Notes under the pieces: model-generated
What the model was told of the DNA's origin: nothing
The model's input: only the letters and a program-made list of their open reading frames with translations
Database searches by the model: none
In this document: in pieces, positions 44,118 through 57,200 of the stretch
Position numbering within the stretch: the first letter of the stretch is position 1
Layout of the letters: each line of letters begins with the position of its first letter
Assembly: GCF_009914755.1 (NCBI RefSeq)
Contig: NC_060937.1
Strand: one strand, 5' to 3'
DNA: 64,000 nt
Source of the DNA: the human T2T-CHM13v2.0 reference genome, Homo sapiens
Translations under genes and position numbers: made by a program

Positions 44118-44449
44118 CTGGTTGATTATCACCTCTGTGTTTTGCCTGCAAGGAAAGAAGCTACTGACACCCAGAGTGGCTCAGCGATACTCACACGTGC
44201 TTTCAGTTACTTTCGCAGCATTTGGTTAAAGTGAGTTTAGCTGCACATCCTCACTTGGTAACATTCTGTGGCTGTGAAAATTGTTTCTCTCTTTATCCTC
44301 CCCCAGCAACAGCCATTTGGTATCATCTGAGATGTGCACCAGGAGGCAGATCTGCCCTGTCAATCATGAGAGTTCCTATCATTAATCAAGTATTTTGAAT
44401 TCAATAACTTTTTTTAGTGTTTTAAAAGTATTTACTGGTCCTTGATGTA

Positions 44450-44790
44450 TTTTTTAGCAGCTGATGGAATTCACATACCATATAACTCACCCCCTCGAAG
44501 TGTACAGTTCGGTGGTTTTTAGTATTTTTTAATTGCACAAATACCGTAATTTGAGAACATTTTTCATCACCCCAAAAGAAACTGCGCCCCATTAGCAGTC
44601 ATTCCCATCCGCCCTGTCCTAGGCAGCCACTTAATCTACTTTCTGTCTCTGTAGACTTGCTTATTCTGGACATTTTATAGAAATGGAAGCATATGTAGCT
44701 GATCTTTATGACTGGCTTCTTTCGCTGAGCTTCACGTTTCTGAGGTTGACGCATGTTGCAGCATGGTTGATTTTCCCTCTGTGGTTTAGA
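44450..44790 (-). mobile_element. L1MB-like 3' end
   Basis: aattcacataccatataactcacc...ttttcatcaccccaaaagaaac...ctactttctgtctct. Confidence 0.8.
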
Positions 44791-47700
44791 TAGCAAGATC
44801 TGCCTAGTAGAGCTTTATGTGTGCAAGTGCCACTCCACCAGACCAGTTTCTGTCACTGCCCCTTCATCAGGCCAGCTTCCTTAGGAAGCTTCCTGTTGCC
44901 TCTTGGCCTCACCAGTGCTACCATTTTCATTACCGTCTATTCCGCAGAATACACGCAGTGCCAGGCTCTGGTGAGTCCCACAGTGACCAAGGCAGCACGA
45001 TCCCTCCTCTCCCTGAGCTTAGAGTAGAAAGCGTCAGTTACAGTGAAATGTGATGGTCACTCTTCTGGGAGAAATGTGTAGTGCAGTCAGGAAGAGTCAA
45101 GAAATTGTGTCTGGAGGCAGCACCGTCGGAAACTCTCTACCTCCGTCTCCACCCCTGTGTCCGGGGTAGGGGCAGTGCACGTGTGTTGCAAAGGAGTCCA
45201 CCAGGAATCCAAAGGGAGCGAATTCTCATGTGTCCCGAGCATCCTCAGAGACAGCAAGCTGGCACGTGGCACCCTCCTCAGCACTTTTCCTTTTTGGCTA
45301 TGCTCTTTCACTTTTTGGTGCAATTTGATTTGAAAACGATTCTTTTCAAGTTGCTATGCTTCCTTGTCAACAAAGCAGTCTAATCAGTTAAAGCTAGTTC
45401 TTTTATGACTTTCTTCTTTCAAGAGTTTATAAGTATATAGCATCAGATGTGGAATAAGTTACTAGTGCTTAGTTGATAAAAATCTGCAAATTAAATGAAA
45501 ATTACTTGCAAGAACTCTATTTTCAGTGAAGTTACAGCTACGCTGTTTATCTCAATCTGTACCTCCTTGCAGAAGCTACTGCTGTGTTTCCAGTGCTTTT
45601 GTAGTTGATCATACTGATCTTTTTGACAAAATTCAGAACAGAAAGATAGGATCAATCTAAAGTGTGATCCTTTTCCAAGACTGACTCATTAAGTGACCTT
45701 GAGAAAATCATTTCTATTTTCCATCCTGCCTTGGTGTCTTCATGAGAAAAAAGAGCGAGGTACAGTCTCATGATACCTCAGAAAACAAGCAAATGATGAT
45801 GATGTACTTGGCTTTTTGAAGATGTAAAAGTTATCAGTAATCCTAATTCTTTTCCTGGGTTTTCCTTTTGTCACTTATTAATCAGTTTTTGAAAGGACGA
45901 ATGAATTTAGAGATGTACTCTGGAGCAGTATCATGTTAAACCAGGGGTATATTAGAAAAATCATCCTCATAATCATTCTGGGAAGTTTTTCCTCCCCAAA
46001 AAAAAGCCATCCTGATGGGTTTTCAAAACCAGAAAAAAGCTCTTAATGAGGAACAGACCACTGGAGTACCCATGAGCATCTCAGGAAAACTGAGACCCTC
46101 GAGAAGCCTTGATTTCGTGCAACCCCCAAGGTTTCAGAGCCAGCAGCCCAGTGCTGTGGTTGACAGACGTGGTTTTGTGGAGAAAGCAGCCAGAGGCCAG
46201 GAATTTTCAGAGTCGTGAGTCACGATCTCCCACCCAAGATTAGAGCACAGATTAGCCATACTGAGATTTGGTAAAATCATTCTGTCTAAGCAATGGAGGT
46301 GTGTGCACACGTGCAGTGCCTGTTCACAGGGGATGCAGGCAGATCGTGGGTTTAGGATGGGGGAGGCCACCGCACCCCCCTTCACTGCTCTGCACCTGCT
46401 CCCTCACGTGGACACTGTCCACAACTGTGGCTCTCACAGGACAGTTGCCCAAGGAGCTCATATCTTATTGGAGATAGGGGGTCGTACAGGTGACATTCAT
46501 GAGCAGTGTGAGCCGGGTGACATGGGGGTGTCAACCCAGCATCTGTCCAGGAGCTCCTCCTGCAGCGGCTCTGGCAGGTGGCCTGAGGCTCCTTTTTGAG
46601 AGAGAACTGTTTGGCCTTCCAGATGTTCTTTAATATAATGATTGGGAAGAGACAGCTCATAACTAGCTTAAGGCTATCTAGTCCAGCTTTCCATTTTACA
46701 GCTGGGGAAACCCAGACTCAGGGTTTTATTCTCTGTTCACTTGGCGGCTTGGCTGAGTTCTGTGGAAGTTCAGCAGAGCAGGGGAACAGGAGGGTTTGGG
46801 TTGCAGAGAAAGAAGCCACTTACAGATGGGAAACAGGAGTTGGGCCCTATGCAAATGGAAGGGACCAGGGAGGGCACTTTAGGTGGCAGGGACAGTTTGA
46901 GCCGACATAGTAATTTAGGATGTAATTTAGAGAAGTAATTTACGATGGGGCTGGTTTGGGCAGACCTGCAAAACAGGACAGACTCAGACAGGATGCCCGA
47001 GGGTTTTTGGTTGAGGCAGTGTCATTGTGAAAGGGCTTCTTGTGCACACTCACTGACCGTGGCATGCAGATTGGATTGGGGAAATCTTACTGGCAGTCAT
47101 GTCATCCAAGAAGTTGTTGGCATAATCTCGGAGTGCAACAGCAAGGACCTAAACGGGCAGATCCTCTCCCAGGGGAAAATCAGTAGTCCTTCAGCGTTGG
47201 CTGGGTTTGATGGACAGAGGAGAGCTGAGTCCAGACATGAGCTGGGAAGTGGACATCCGCCTGCCACGGTGAACGCAGATAGGCAAGTGCGGGAATGAGA
47301 CTCAGGTGGTCACTGAAGACATGAAAATGGATGAACTCTCCACGGAGGAAATGTAAGAAGAGGGGAAACCTTGAGTAATCCCCAGTCTCATTTTTAATTA
47401 GGAGTTTCACCTCTGTTTCTGTCAAAACATTTACTGTAACAAGTACCAAAACTAATTTTAATTTTGACTTTTACTTTATAATTTGTGTGTAGAGCCAATG
47501 CTGGGAAGGAAAAAATGACCCCAAATTTGGCAGACAAAAGAATGAAGGAAGGGAAAACAGAATATACGATGCAGAAATGGATAATCCACACTCTGAGAGA
47601 TGCACTTCCATTCTTATGTCTTCAAGGCCACTGTCTCAGTCCTCGCTGTGTGGCCCTTACCGTCACCAGCGTTCAGTGCTTACAGGTGTGTCACTCAGTC

Positions 47701-48397
47701 GAGGGAGTGAGGAAGCTGCAAGACAAGGCCTTGGCATGCTCTTCCTGCGCTGATGTCCCTGACCTGCAGCTGGGCTGTGGGCTGTGGAACCCTGTGGTCC
47801 CCCCACGCCACCCTCTCACCACCACCTCCTCCTCACAGAGCAGCCTTAGCATTCTCATTCTCTACCAAAACCAAAACCAAACCAAAACACAGGAAAAGGT
47901 TGGGACACCTCTGGTCCTGACGGTCCCTGGAGGAAAAGTTCCCCATGAGGAGTGATGGGTCAGTCACGTTTTCAAAACAAACGAGAGCCAGGACGCAGGC
48001 CTGTGGCTCAGCCCGCAGCGTGCTTGGTGCCACAAGCCCCCCCGCAGCTGCCCAGAGTCTCACCCCACTCTGTGCAGGGGGCCTGGAGGGCAGCGGCGGC
48101 ACAGACCCACTGGACGCCCTGGTGCATGGCTGAGCCATGTGCATCCCATGGCTCTCTCCAGAGTCCCTTCCCTGCACCTCCAGGGCCTCCCCAGATGGAA
48201 CTGGCTGGGAGCCGTGCTTTGTTGAAACAAAGGGAAAACCTGTCTCTCTTGGGTTTGCAGCTGCTGTTGAAACCAACTGAACCTGTTTGTAAAATTGTAC
48301 CTATGTCACAGTAAGATCAGCTGTGCTAGGTATGTCAGGCCTCTGAAAAGAAATGTCATTAAAGTAAACAAGACTTGGGACACATGTCTGTCAGACT

Positions 48398-48495
48398 GTA
48401 CACAGTAGAAGCATCCCTTGCAGGGGCTGTTGGGTTGCATCCTAAGCTGTGCTGGAGCTTCCCGATGTACTCTGTAGATGTCTTTGCACCTTCTG
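48398..48495 (+). ncRNA. MIR623: hsa-mir-623 precursor, intronic and sense to UBAC2
   Basis: GTACACAGTAGAAGCATCCCTTGCAGGGGCTGTTGGGT...GCACCTTCTG matches the recalled precursor; mature ATCCCTTGCAGGGGCTGTTGGGT at 48413-48435. Confidence 0.9.
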
Positions 48496-49290
48496 TCCTC
48501 ATTGCCATCCCCAATCAGTCCCTGGAACACCAGCTGTGGCCCTGACCCTTTTAGCCCCTGCATGGAATGCACAGGCAAGGCGTGTGGCCTTTGGGACTCC
48601 AGCCGACTAGAGCAAGACAGAGGAAGAAGAGACGGGGCAGAGGGCAGCCGATAGTTGGAAACTTCTGTCCCCTAAGCCAAAAGGTTCTCAAAACTGAGCA
48701 ACAGGATGTATTGTGTCTCCTGATCGTATTGCCATGGAAACTGCCTTCTGTTCTGCCTAGAAGAAATAGTACTGTTTGAAGTATCTCATCCATCAACACT
48801 GGTCACTGTGAGAAACCACAAAGGAAAAGTGAAACCGAGAGCTGCAAAACTAGCCTGGGACTTTGTTCAAGCGATCATCTCCTTTCCCTCTAGTTTATTA
48901 TTTTTTCCAATACCTACTGAGACTACTGCTAAGCAGCACAGAAAGATACAATACACTGTTTTTATAGCACGACACAAAGATCATGGGTGGCACTTCACAT
49001 GACAGGGTTAGATTCAGTCTTCTGAGTTTTCTAAGGTTCCTATTTTTAAGACTTTACCAAGGAACCAAGGCTTTCAAATATGCAGCATGGTTTCTTCTGG
49101 GCCTCGCGTTGCCCCATCTCTTATCCAAGTGGTGAATGTGTTGCCAGTTTGTGTGTGGTTCTGGTGGTGGGCTTTGTTTGGTTTTCTTTTTTTGGGCTTT
49201 GTTTGGTTTTTCCCCAGTTTTGCCACAAAGCTTTTGCTGAGGACAGCAGCCTCTGTGGTGTCTTTTCTCTCTGTATTGTGCTCACTCTTG

Positions 49291-49609
49291 TAGTCATGCA
49301 CCACATAACAATATGTTTTGGTCAATGACAGATTGCATGTATGACAGTGGTCTCATAAGATTATGATGCCATATTTTTGCTATGTCTTTTCTATGTTTAG
49401 ATACACAACTACCATTGTGTTACAGCTGCCTCCAGTATTCAGCACAGTGACTTGCTGTACAGGTTTGTAGCCTGGTCGCCATAGGCTACACCAAGCAGCC
49501 TTGGTGTGTAGTAGGCGATCACATCTAGGTTTCTGTAAGTACACAGCAACAAAGTCACCCAACAGCACATTTCTCAGAATGAAGCCCTGTTGTTAAGCGA
49601 CACGTGACT
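49291..49609 (+). mobile_element. Tigger3/MER7-type MITE
   Basis: agtcatgcaccacataac...ttttggtcaatgacaga...gttaagcgacacgtgact termini. Confidence 0.85.
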
Positions 49610-50509
49610 ACAGTTTTAAGTCTAACAAGATGCCTCTCGTTCAGTCCTGAAGTGCTTCTTGTTTAGTTTTTAATGTACGTTTGTTTTGTTATCTCAGCCA
49701 AACTCTTTTCAGGGCCATAGGAAATTAGTCATTTCTCTGTGTCACAGCCTCCTTATCTGGCCCCAGGACAGCGCACTACGCATAGAAGGCAAATGAGTAA
49801 AACTAAGTGTAAGCATATTCATACTTACACCAAAAGCTGCAGCTTCCACAGAGCACAGGGAATTGCAAATAACTGTCTTCTATGAGGAGCTGCCATTTGT
49901 GGTTTCACCAGTTTCCCAGCATTGCTTCTTTGTAACTCCTGGTTCTTGTATTAGAAGAGGATGCTATGTCCATGAAGAATGTAGGTATCAAGCATGTCCT
50001 TTGGGAGCCTCCTTGCTTTAACCCCTCTCACCCCTTCCACCCCGCCTTCATTAGTAACCCATCACCTGGGTCTTCATATCCCAACTAACTACAGTCTTGG
50101 CTAAGAAAACCCCATACGCCTTAACTCAGCAATATGCCTCACTATGTCTTTGTCCATTCAGTTATCCATTTTGCAACTGTTTCTTGAGTGCTTGCATATG
50201 CCAGGTCGTACAGGAGGCCAGGTCTACAAACAGGACAAGATGGAGAATCACAGTCCCCGTGGAGCTAATAGGCTGTTGTGAGATTCAGGCCGGTTAGCCT
50301 GCAAGTGAAATGGGATGTGCTGAGAGCTGTCCTGGGGAAGGGATGGTGAGGTGTGAGAGCACGCAGAGGAGTACAGGGTGGTGAGAGCAGGCTCCCCAGC
50401 AGGAGTAGAGAATGTGAGGGCGGTGTTGTGAGAAAGTGACTCCAGTGGCAGACAGGAGTCTGGTAAGCCCAGGTAAGAAATTTCTGTCGGATTCTGAAAG
50501 CAACAGGGA

Positions 50510-50835
50510 TGCATTGAGTAGCATCAAAGGGGAGGATGTCTGTAGTCATCCGAAAAGGCCCTTAATGTACTCTCCCTTTCTTTTCTAACTGTGTATCTAT
50601 GTGGCTGGATTTGCTTCATGTACTTCAAAAACCAGAGTAACAGAACAAAATCGAATGCAGAAGCAGATGGGAGAATCCAGCAACCTTCTAGTAAGTCAGA
50701 CATTAAAGAGATTTGCAAAAATGGAAAACAGTGCCACTCTTCTCAGTAATTCTGTTTGGGAAAACATGGTTATTTTTTATTTCAAAAATCTATATTTATG
50801 TTAGCAAGTAATAGGCTTGTGATTGTTAATGAGTT
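50510..50835 (+). mobile_element. Charlie1-type hAT transposon 3' fragment
   Basis: tgcagaagcagatgggagaatccagc...cagacattaaagagatttgcaaaaatg matches the recalled Charlie1 transposase C-terminal DNA. Confidence 0.75.
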
Positions 50836-53800
50836 ATTAAATATTTTTAAATTAATAAAAGGGCAATGAGGAGCCAGCAAAGGGTTTCTAAGTAGAGGAG
50901 GGGCTTGACGAGATTTGTATCTTAGGAACTAACTCTGGAGCCACCCCGGCCATGGACTGTGGTCTCACACGGGGCAGTGAGAGTGAGGGTGGAGACAGTG
51001 GCGGGGGAGTTCCAGTGGACAGAGCCTAGAGATCTGGTTTATGCAGTGGATGGATGTGGATGTCACACCCCAAGACAGGGGACACAGCAAGAGATATGGG
51101 GTGGGAGATGAGTTTGTTTGGGACGTGTTCTATCTTAGGTGTCTCCTTAACATTTAGATGAAAGTGTGTTCAGGAGACAGTGGGTTACATGGCTCTGAGA
51201 CACAGTGTTTGGGTTGGAGGTTCGAGTTTGGGAGTCTCTACCCCATGAAGCCCTAGGAATGGATGGGCACCCAGAACACGGAAGAAGGAGAGAAACACTC
51301 CCCACATGGAACCTTCAAGAACACCCGTGTCTGAAGGACAGGAGTGGGAGGAGGAGAATCTGAGGACACTGAGAAGGCGTAGCTAGAGGGCTAGAAAGAA
51401 AGCGGGATGCCACAAAGCCTGGGGAAGAGAATGTCGAGGAAGAGTGGTCAGTAAGACCTGGTGCTGCCAGAAGGCAGGTCACAGAGCGCTCAGGAGGATC
51501 CACTGGATCTAACAAAGGGTGCTTTGATAACCTGGAAGAAAAAGGAAAAAGTGTTTCATTATTAAAATACCAGACTATGAGCTTCTAAAAGGCAGGGAGG
51601 TTGTCTTAATTCTCTTTCTACTTTTGTTGCTGAAAGTATTACCAGGTACATTAGTAGATGTGATAATTTTGTGATTTTACATTAACTCATTCAAGTAAAA
51701 CGATCTAGTCTTTTTCTGCCCTTGATCTCCGTGGTAGGTCATCCCCTTTGTCAGAGACTCCTGTTAAATCAACCTGTTTCCTAAATGTGTAAGTATTTCC
51801 TTATGGCCTGGGGTAAAGCTTCCCAGCCACTGTGCCATGGTCATAGATGGGCTGAGATACTGGTCCCCTCCCCGCTTGGGGGCAACTGGAAAGGGCCTGA
51901 AGCCACTGGGCCAGCTGTAAACAGTTTTGGCTTTTCCTGTGGACCATGCAAATCTGTCTTTTTCTGTGTGTGCCATGAGGTGGAAAACATTTGAAAGCCT
52001 TGGTCCATAGCACACTGAGTAAGTCCTTGTGTGGGCCCTGCCTCGCCTCCCGTGTGCCCAAGCACAGCACCCCTAAAGAGTCACATCGCCCTTCGCTGCC
52101 TACCCCATGGTCTCCCCCAGAACCTTCCCTGCATGGTGGCCTGCAGGGGGCCACCGATTGTAGACTGGAGGTGCCCCTGCTGTGTGCTTCACACTTCAAA
52201 ACCTGGCATGCTGATAAAGGCTTTCTGAGCACCAAAGACTGAGAAGAAAGGGTGCATTTGTTTCCAATGGCCAACAGTCTTAAAATAAGATGAAGATGCT
52301 TTTGGAAGTCATTTTGGCTTTTCTAAAACATCGCATTCATAATGCCCCCTCTGTAATTGTTCTCCATTTTACTCTTTTATGGGGCACCAACTTGTACGAG
52401 CAGTCAGCTCAGGCTGCAGTGAGCTGAGAGTGGTACTGGCCACCTGGGAAATATGTTCAGGTCTTCCATCCATCACAGCCCTCCAGGATCCTGTAGTCTA
52501 GTTGGGAAGACGAGAAACAATACTGTATAAAGTATAAGGCCAAGTAGTAAGGATCAGAATAATCATAGCTAAGCTGCAATAAGCTTATAGATGGCTTTAC
52601 GTTCTATTTTAAATGTTTCACATGAATTAACTCTTTTGATTCTCATACTCTCCATGTGAGGTGGGTGCAGTTATTATTACCACTTTACAGGTGAGAAAAC
52701 CAAGGGTCATGGAAATGTTTGAAAATGCATCTAAGGTGTTACAATAAGAGGCAGAGCTGGGATTTGAGCCCAGTTATTCTGGCTCTAGAGACTGTTCTTA
52801 ACTCAGCTTCCTCTACCTTTTTGTCCCTCTGCCGTTATTCCTTAGCATTGCTTTGCTCCTTGAAGGCGGTATAAACCCACTTAGGCCCCTTTCTTTGAAC
52901 ACCTTGGGGAAAATGCCTTGCTTGCTCTCTTCTCCATCGTTGAAATCATTCTCTTTTAATATTCAGCCCCAGCCCCATCCTCTTGGAAGTCTTACCCCTG
53001 TGCTTTGGCCGCAGTGGGTTGATGTCCACTCTGAGCTTTTCTAGTCCTTTTGATTTAGGCCTCACAGCTCCCATCTTAATTATATATCATCTTGCATTGT
53101 TCTGGCTTTTCCATTTCTGGGTATCTTGCCTTCCCCCGAGGAGATGGGGCGCTCTTCGGGAGCAAGGATGAGACCGCGTGCCTGGCTCACACTCTCCTGT
53201 GGACGCTCGAGTGCCCGAGGTCAGCCACCCGTGAGCTCTTCTGGCTTCTCTAATGTAGACACTGCCTGACCATCCCATCCAGAAACCTTTCAATGCCTGT
53301 AGAACATGGATTTCTGTTCCATGGAACTTCTGCTTAATAAAATGTCAGAAACTTTTACTGCTCCTCGGTTGGGAAACCATCATGTATGTATGTATGAATA
53401 TATATTTATTCATTCATACATGTATATATACACAAGAATTTTTACTTCATTTGAAATCTTCTTACAAACTAATAATAAGTATTTCATAAAACGCCTGTTC
53501 AAACTGCAAGCTGTTTCCTTCTTCACTTTTAAAATATGTGGTTATTGCTTTTGAAGAAGACAAAGTAAAGGAAACATTTCCTGTTTATAGAGGCTCATAT
53601 TTAACCCTACGTAAAGAGCAGATTCATGTCAAAACATCCTAGAACCTAGAGCCGTAACTTTCTGCTTTTTAAGCACTTTTCTACTATCACAGGAGTAGAG
53701 GGATTGGGGTTTTGTTTGCTTTGCCTACTCTTTGATTCTCTCACTCTCTTGTAAGAAATGAAATGGAACTCAAAGCCCATTCCCCTTCCACTGTCCTGGA

Positions 53801-53856
53801 GTGGGTGTGTTGTGTGCCTTTGCATGTTTTTGTATCTTTACTACATACATACTTAT

Positions 53857-54065
53857 CAGGGTTTCTCAACCTAAACACCATTGACATTTTGATCCAGACC
53901 ATTCTTTGTTATAGCGGCTGCCCTGTACATTGTAGGATGTTTAGCAACATCCCTGACCTCTACCTACTAAATGCCGACAGCACCACCATCCTGTCCCCCC
54001 TCCCCTCCTTCACATAACAACCAAAACTGTGAGCAGACATTGCCAAATATCTCCTGGATTGGGGG
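53857..54065 (+). mobile_element. MER20 hAT MITE
   Basis: cagggtttctcaacc...attgacatttt...cattgtaggatgtttagcaacatccctg...cagacattgccaaat. Confidence 0.88.
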
Positions 54066-54116
54066 TAGGAGAACAGAGTCACCATGACCATATATCCATC
54101 TAAAAAAGTTAAAATA

Positions 54117-54282
54117 GACCAGACGCAATGGTGCACATCTATAGTCTCAGCTACTCAGGAGGCTGAGATGGAAGATTGCTTGGGTCCGGGAGTTCAGGAC
54201 TGCAGTGCGCCATGATTGTGCCTGTGAATAGCCACTGCTCTCCAGTCTGGACAATGTAGCAAGACCCTCATCCCCAAAAAAA
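54117..54282 (+). mobile_element. FRAM / Alu right monomer
   Basis: Right-arm sequence flanked by aaaaaagttaaaatag repeats. Confidence 0.82.
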
Positions 54283-54299
54283 GTTAAAATAGTATATAT

Positions 54300-57200
54300 A
54301 CTCGTGTTCTGAGTATTTTTTAATTTATGTAAATAGTATTACATTTTATTTATATTATTTACATAAACTACATACAATTTATGTAAATGGTATATGTATA
54401 TGTTGTATATGCATATTCTTGTACAACTTTATTTGTTCATTAAACATTGTATATTTGAGATTTACCCATGTAAATCTAATTCATTTATTGTAGCTGCTTT
54501 TATAATGGTCTTTTATATAATAGAACCACTTATTAATTTATTTCCCTCCTTAGGAACAACTGAATTTTTTTCATTTTCTTACTTAATATTACAACCAGTG
54601 CTTCACAGAAGATCCTCATACATGACCCCTTCAGCATTCACAGCTCCCTAGAGGTGAAGTTGCCAGGTCATAGACTAGAATAGTTTCACTAGATCTTGAC
54701 ATGTTGCTCTCCAAAAGGGTTGTGTCAGTTTATACTCTCATCAGCAACTTATCAGAGTTCCCATTTCTTTCACATCATTCCCACACTCAGTATTGTTGGG
54801 CTGTGTATTTTTGCGAGTCTTGTGGGTATAAAATAACTTGTTTTCATTTGCCTTTCCCTAACACTAGTGAGATTGAATATCTTTTCATATGTTTCTTGAC
54901 TTGGGATTTCCCCTTCTGTAAATGGAGTATTCATATACATTATCTGCTTTTCTCTTGAGTCACTTATTTTTTTCTCATTGATTTATAAGTGTTGTCTTAT
55001 AAGTTCATAAGTGTCATTGATTTATTAAGTCTCATTGATTTGTAACTTTTGAATTTTGAGCATATAGCAGTTATATGTTGTAAACATTTTCTCTCAATCT
55101 GTAGTTTGTCTTATTTAATTCAGTAACAATTGAACTTTTAATACAAAAGTTCTTACAGGTAAAGTAATTTTTAACCACTTTTTTCATTGTGATTTATACT
55201 TCGTATTTCTGTTTTAGATATCCTTTCCTATCCTAATGACATGAAAATAATCTCCTATTTCTTCAAAAAAATTTTCACAGTTTGGCTTTCCACATTTAAA
55301 TCTTTAATCTTAGTTTTTATTTTTGTGGGTGGTGTGAAGTAAGGGCCTAGTTTTATCTTTTCCCTATCTATAGCCAGTTGTCCCAGGACTGTATTCAGTA
55401 CGGGCTCATAACCAAGTGCCCATGTTTACTGTTGATTCCTAGACTCTGTCTTCTGTTTGGATTTTTTGCCTAACTTCCACTAATACCACATGACTTTAAT
55501 TACTGCAGTCTAATAGTAAGTCCTAATAACTGGTAGAGAAATCCTTTCTTACATTTCTTCAAAATAGTCATGCCTAGTTTTGAGCTTTAACTTCAAGTAG
55601 TCTAGTCCCACCAAAATATACACATGTGCATACTTTTGAATTTTGAGTATATAGCAGTTAGGGAATAGGAATAATAATAGGAATCTGACTCCACATGACA
55701 GATAACACAACATAGCAGAAACTTAACCGAGGTAGTTTATTTCTGTCTTGTATAGAAGTCCAGCAGTGGGCAGCCCAGGCCGGCGGGGCAGTGTCCTGAA
55801 GGTGTCAGCCCCCGGCTCTTTGCTGCTGCTGTATCCTCAGCACAGGGCTTCCACCTGATCCTCTAAGAAGGGCGAGCCCCTGCCTCTGAGGATCTTCCTG
55901 GTCGGCCCATATTCCCTTTCTGCTGACATACCATTGTCAGAACCTAGTCAACATGGAAAGATACTGAGAAAGGTAGCAAGTCACACGTATATACACACCC
56001 AAGAAAACCAAAACTGTTTTTTCCAAAGGGGGAAAATGGATATTGGAAGTGAACCAGCAGTCTGCTAGACTGGAGTTGGCAGTGTCTGGATAGATTATAG
56101 GATTACATGTTACCAGGCTCAATTCAGGAACATGCTGAATCTTTCCATTTACTTAGAAATCTTGTAGATCTTTTGTTTGATTTTATTCTTAACTACCTTA
56201 TATTTTTATTGCTATTTATAAATAGTAATTTTTTGTACTTACATTCTCTAATGATTTCAATAGAGGGAATGTTACTTTTTAATCATACTCTCTTGTTCTC
56301 ATGCTTTGAGAGACATTTGTAAACACTCTTGGATTTTCTAGGTAGACAGTCATCATTTGAATAATGAGTTTTGTTTCTCTTTTTCTATCTTTATGTGAGA
56401 TTTTTGTTTGGGTTTGGTTTTTGTTCTCATTATGCTGTGACTTGTGCTGAATGCAAGAATTGGTAATAGGCATTTTTGTCTCTTCATGAATGGGTATTGA
56501 ATTTTGTCAAATTGTTTTCATACCTATTGAGATGAGCGTTTGATTTTTCTCCTTCAAACTGTTAATGTGTGGATTATGTTGCTAGTTTTTCTAAGATTTT
56601 TGAGATAAATCCTAATACAGCACATCATACTAGATAAGAGAATTATTTTGAAAACATTGTTGGATTGAATTTGCTGATATTTTATTTAGGATTATTGTAT
56701 CTACCCAAGAAAAATTAACTATATATTGTATAATTTTTCTTGCTCATAATGGCCTTGTCTAGTTTTGGAAACAGTGTTATGCTAGTCCCAAAAAATTAGG
56801 TGGGAAACTCTCCTTCCTTTTCTGTACTCTAGAGCAGTTTATATAAGATAAGGAGTCATTAAAGATTTCATACACTTCACCTGTAGGTTTTTGGTGGGTA
56901 GATTTTTAAGTACTGTTTCAATTACATTAAAGTATGATATATATCCAGAAAAGTACATGCTATATAATAATAGTCATACAAATGTACTTTTTGTGTTTAT
57001 TTTGTTCAACATCATTTGAGAGATTCAGCCATATTGTTGCATGTCATTCTGGTTCATTCATTCAAACTGCTTTATTAGATTACAGTATGTGAATGCACCA
57101 TAACTTACCCATTCTATGGTTGATGGGCATTTGGGTAGTTCCCGTCTTTGACTGTTGGAAATAATGCTGCTGAGAACGTTCTAGTCCATGTCTTTTGATG

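Noticed and set aside
46015-48800. Cluster of 65-156 aa ORFs on both strands
   Set aside because: Expected in GC-richer sequence; no homology recognised and no consistent exon structure.
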